Shown here one piece after another: positions 60,145 to 64,000 of a DNA stretch of 64,000 nucleotides. Numbering within the stretch: the stretch's first letter is position 1; each line of letters begins with the position of its first letter. Under the pieces are notes generated by a model. That model saw nothing but the letters and a program-made list of their open reading frames with translations, ran no database searches and was not told the origin of the DNA. This stretch comes from Chrysomallon squamiferum. Its lineage: Eukaryota; Animalia; Mollusca. Location: NCBI GenBank assembly GCA_012295275.1, contig CM022671.1, positions 26,350,001 to 26,414,000 of the forward strand, in the 5' to 3' direction. The translations under genes were made by a program, and so were the position numbers.

Positions 60145-63100
60145 GTCAGCTAACCACAAATAAAAGTTTTACAATAGGAAAACCAAACAGTATTTGCACG
60201 TGTCAGTGTGATTATTTCAAACCCAGTTATTCTAAGGAGGTGTCTGACAGTAACATGACAACACCTAAAACTTGCCATTCTACTTTTAGTAAAAACAAAA
60301 AGTCAGTGTGTAGAAAGTATTTAAAATATATTTTCAATAACGCTTTGCCAAATGGACTATATTTTATGGAATTGGAATTTAACTGTTTTATATCAATAGC
60401 ACTATTGACACAGCGTGGAAGAAATTGTGGTTTTGATGGTACATCTTTAGAAATATTTATCCAGGTTTAAATTTTAATATTGCATTAAATGAATTCCTTT
60501 ACAATACAGTGGATTTATTTATTATACAGAGATTAATTTTGTTCTGCAAACAAAAACAGGTTTGGTTTTAATGTTTGGTGTATTCACATCAGTGTGTTCA
60601 GAGCATAAAAGCATTGCTTGTACTCCTTTATCAAAGATTGGTGATTTGTTGTTTAACATGATGTTAAAAAATGGCCTCAGTATTCTGTTTTAAAATAATA
60701 TAAAGTTATTTTTGATAAGTTATTGTAGTTGTTGAAAATGCTGAATGCTAGTGAAAAGTGCAATTTATTTATTTATTATTAATAGTATTCTTTTTTGTTA
60801 TGATTGGGCATAAAAAGACTTAGGAAAGTAGGGACATTTCTTTTTTTTTTTAAATCCAGGGTTTAAAAAAACACATTTTTGCAGCCAGTTAAATTATAAA
60901 TTGATTTAGATAGAAACAAACTTGTAAAAAAAACAAAATAATTCTGTCACTATGTCTGTCATAATATCTGTTTCTCTATTTGGTTTTCATTCATTTCTTT
61001 TTTCTTCTGATAATGTATATGAAAGCCTAAACACTGGCATTCACATTTTATTTCAAACATGAGTGCTGTTAATTGATAATGTTGTTTTGGAAGGGGGTTT
61101 GATATTGAATAAATGCATTTAAAAAAAATTTAAAACATGTAAAATCAGGTGACACTATTGCCTTGAAATGTAGAAGCCTTCAAAACTAAAAACAACAATT
61201 GTTTTTAATATAACTCTTCTACTAATTTCAGTTTTAAAAAACTCATATATCTTGCATTTTTGTTATATTAAGCAATACTAGTGTGTAGCATTTTTTTTTT
61301 TTTTTTTTTTGTAATTTATTTTATACATGATAATAGTGATAATAAAAAATCATTATTAAAATTTGTTCACTCAAAATAAAAAAAATAAAAATACATATAT
61401 ACTGGAATGAAGATATTAATTTACTCTGTTTTCAGTGCTTTCATTTTTTCTTTTTATTACATACAAAATAATACAACACTTTCATATAATGAAATGCAAA
61501 TAAAACAATAGATCACAAATCACCATTTTAATATATTTAATTACACTTAAGCAGCACTCTGCAGAATAATACATATATGCAATATGAAGAAACAATATTT
61601 TAAACAGCATAGTTTAAACATAATAATACATAAACTAGAAATGTTTTTCCACTAAGCAAAATTACTTATAGAGCAAGTTATATAACTGTGATACATTGTG
61701 ATTATTAAGGTAAGCAGTGCTTGCCTTTCTTTTAATTTTATTTCATCAATTTTAAACCTACATTTAATAAAATATTTTTTTCTGTAAGAAAAAAACAACA
61801 AATATATATATATATATATATTCGTTATTTTCCTGCAACTGAGTTACCATTAAAATAAAAACATTTATTTGAAGATTTCCTTATGAAAAATGCTATTTCT
61901 TCATCAAATTTTGGTGAAAATATATCAAAATGGTCTGAATAAAACTATTTCAATTTGGATAGCTTGTGTTATTTATTATTTTATTTTAAAATAATGAAGT
62001 TTTTTTTGTTGTTGTTTTACCCCTGAATTCTGAATTCTTAATAGTAAATGTGTAATATATATATATATATTTTCTATATATTTAATGAGATACATATATT
62101 TTTAATAAGTGCAAAGTTCAAAATGATTTAATATGTCATGATTATTTTCAAATAAATATATTAGATATTTCTCATTAGATCCCCAGAGATTTGAAGTAAC
62201 TAGGAAAATTAAGTTAAAAGCAATTGGCTTTTCAGATATTATACTTTATTAGCTATGACATTTAGATATTATCAGTTTTTCTAAAACAACATCCAAATTC
62301 CAAAAAACTACTTATTATCAATTAAATTAAACAGATAAAAAAAAAAAAAAAAAAAAAAAAAATGAAATATAGAAAATTCTCTCTTGCTCTCTGATTTAAA
62401 TTAACTAAAAACATTATTACCATTATGTCATTATTACCATACTCAATTTTTTTGTTGTTGTTCCTTCTTTTTTGTTCTTCTTTTTATTATTCTATTATTA
62501 ATGCAATTTAAGAAAATGCTTAAAAAATTACTTTAACAAAATACATGATTAAATCTGCTCTTTCCCTTTGTGATTGTCATGTTTTTAAATAATAATGAGA
62601 AGAAAAAAAAATATCCGAAATCTTAAATGTCTCACTTTAGGCGATCTTTTTTCTCTCTCAATCTTAAATGATAAAGTACTGTCTCTTTTCAAATGTAATA
62701 TTTCAAGAGATAACATACAGGAAATAAGATGATAACAATTAGGTTTTTGTTAGTTAAACTAAGACGACATATTTGAGTAACTGCCAAAGGCTCTGTAGTT
62801 CTCTGATAACAGCTTGTTTACTGTTAACATGCATTTCCAATTTTTAAAGAAAAAAAAAAAAAAAAAAACCCATCAAAAATGTTTTTTTTTTATTGAAACA
62901 AAATGATAGGCGGATGCACAAATAGATTTTATGAAGCACCGCGGGCATTTTCCTCTCCAATTTTCTTGTCGATTTTTTGTTTTTCTTCGTCTTTTAATGA
63001 AACTAATTTTGCTGTAATGATGACACACTTTCCCCTTTTCTTGATCCGCTTCAGGAATCGTTTTAAATGAATGTCAAAAAAAAAAAAAAAAAAAAAAAAA

Positions 63101-63921
63101 ATCGAAAATGGTTTGTGCTCCTATTTAATGGCTAGATGGTTTATACGAAGGTCGCAGAAATAATTATCCTCACAGCATCCATCAGCTGATTTCCCATTTT
63201 TGCCAATCCTCCGCAGATTTGTGAGAATATGAAAAATCCTGATTAGGTTTTGTATTAAAGCATAACATTAACAGTGACTTACAGTAACTAAAAACTTCCA
63301 AAGTACAAATTGAATAGTTATCATTATGTACTTATAATCTGATAGATGAATCAGAAAAAATTATTATTATTATTTCTAGTTGATTTATTGACAGTGTGAA
63401 AAAAAAATAAGAATAAAAATAAAATAAATAAAACTCATGAGCTTATTAAGTGCGCAGCGTGCAGATAACTCGGTAAATTCTAGCAATCAATTCAGTCCAT
63501 TGTCTGGCACATTAATATATAAGAAGTGTGTGCTCGTGACTTCTCTTATACAACTGGTCAACAGAAAACCATAGTTCAGTTACAATTAACTCTTTTGTCG
63601 ATAGCGTAACTTTGCTTGTTACCAAACTTATCATCACATACGTCATAAACTTGATATATCGTCTAACATCTAACATGTCACCGAGAGCTCATTTGTTTTG
63701 TTACGATATTTCCCGATACCGTGTCGTGACTAAGCATGTTTTCGTTTAACACGACCATGTTTATGCATCGTGTATTTCTTAGAGCTTTTGGAATTATGTA
63801 ATCTTTTTTTTACTGTTTTGGAATCATGAAAAAAATTGAGAAATATTAACATTTTTCAGATTAAAAAGACAAACACACAGAATTATTTAATGCACACATA
63901 CATATACACACACACATTCAG

Positions 63922-64000
63922 TTGCGGACCTACTGAAGCCTGAACTACTGTTCGAAACCCTTCGCAAGCAGCAAGGAGATCTGGTTAACCACCGTTATCT
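63922..64000 (+). CDS. Possible coding exon of an unidentified gene running off the window edge
   Basis: After CATTCAG a GC-richer open frame reads ADLLKPELLFETLRKQQGDLVNHRY; no recognisable family. Confidence 0.3.

Overview
AT-rich, intron-rich animal genomic DNA, probably molluscan judging from a Nin-type SINE remnant. It is not prokaryotic, and most of the supplied ORFs are artefacts. Reading exons by hand gives five genes in order: (1) the 3' part of INTS13/Asunder (+); (2) an EFCAB12-like EF-hand gene (+); (3) a complete ZCRB1, the U11/U12-31K minor-spliceosome protein (-); (4) a C2H2 zinc-finger gene (-); (5) a 12-exon pelota/PELO (+), head-to-head with the zinc-finger gene. Between ZCRB1 and the zinc-finger gene lie a ~5 kb duplication of the 5' half of ZCRB1 and a ~13 kb array of ~1.45 kb chimeric units carrying nine disabled copies of ZCRB1 exon 4. 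The main leads are: a second, in-phase terminal exon of the zinc-finger gene encoding a transposase-like paired/HTH DNA-binding domain; a single +1 frame break in pelota exon 11 at CTT-AGT (assembly error or recoding); the ZCRB1 exon array; and a structured element repeated in ZCRB1 introns. All homology calls come from recalled family sequences, not database searches.
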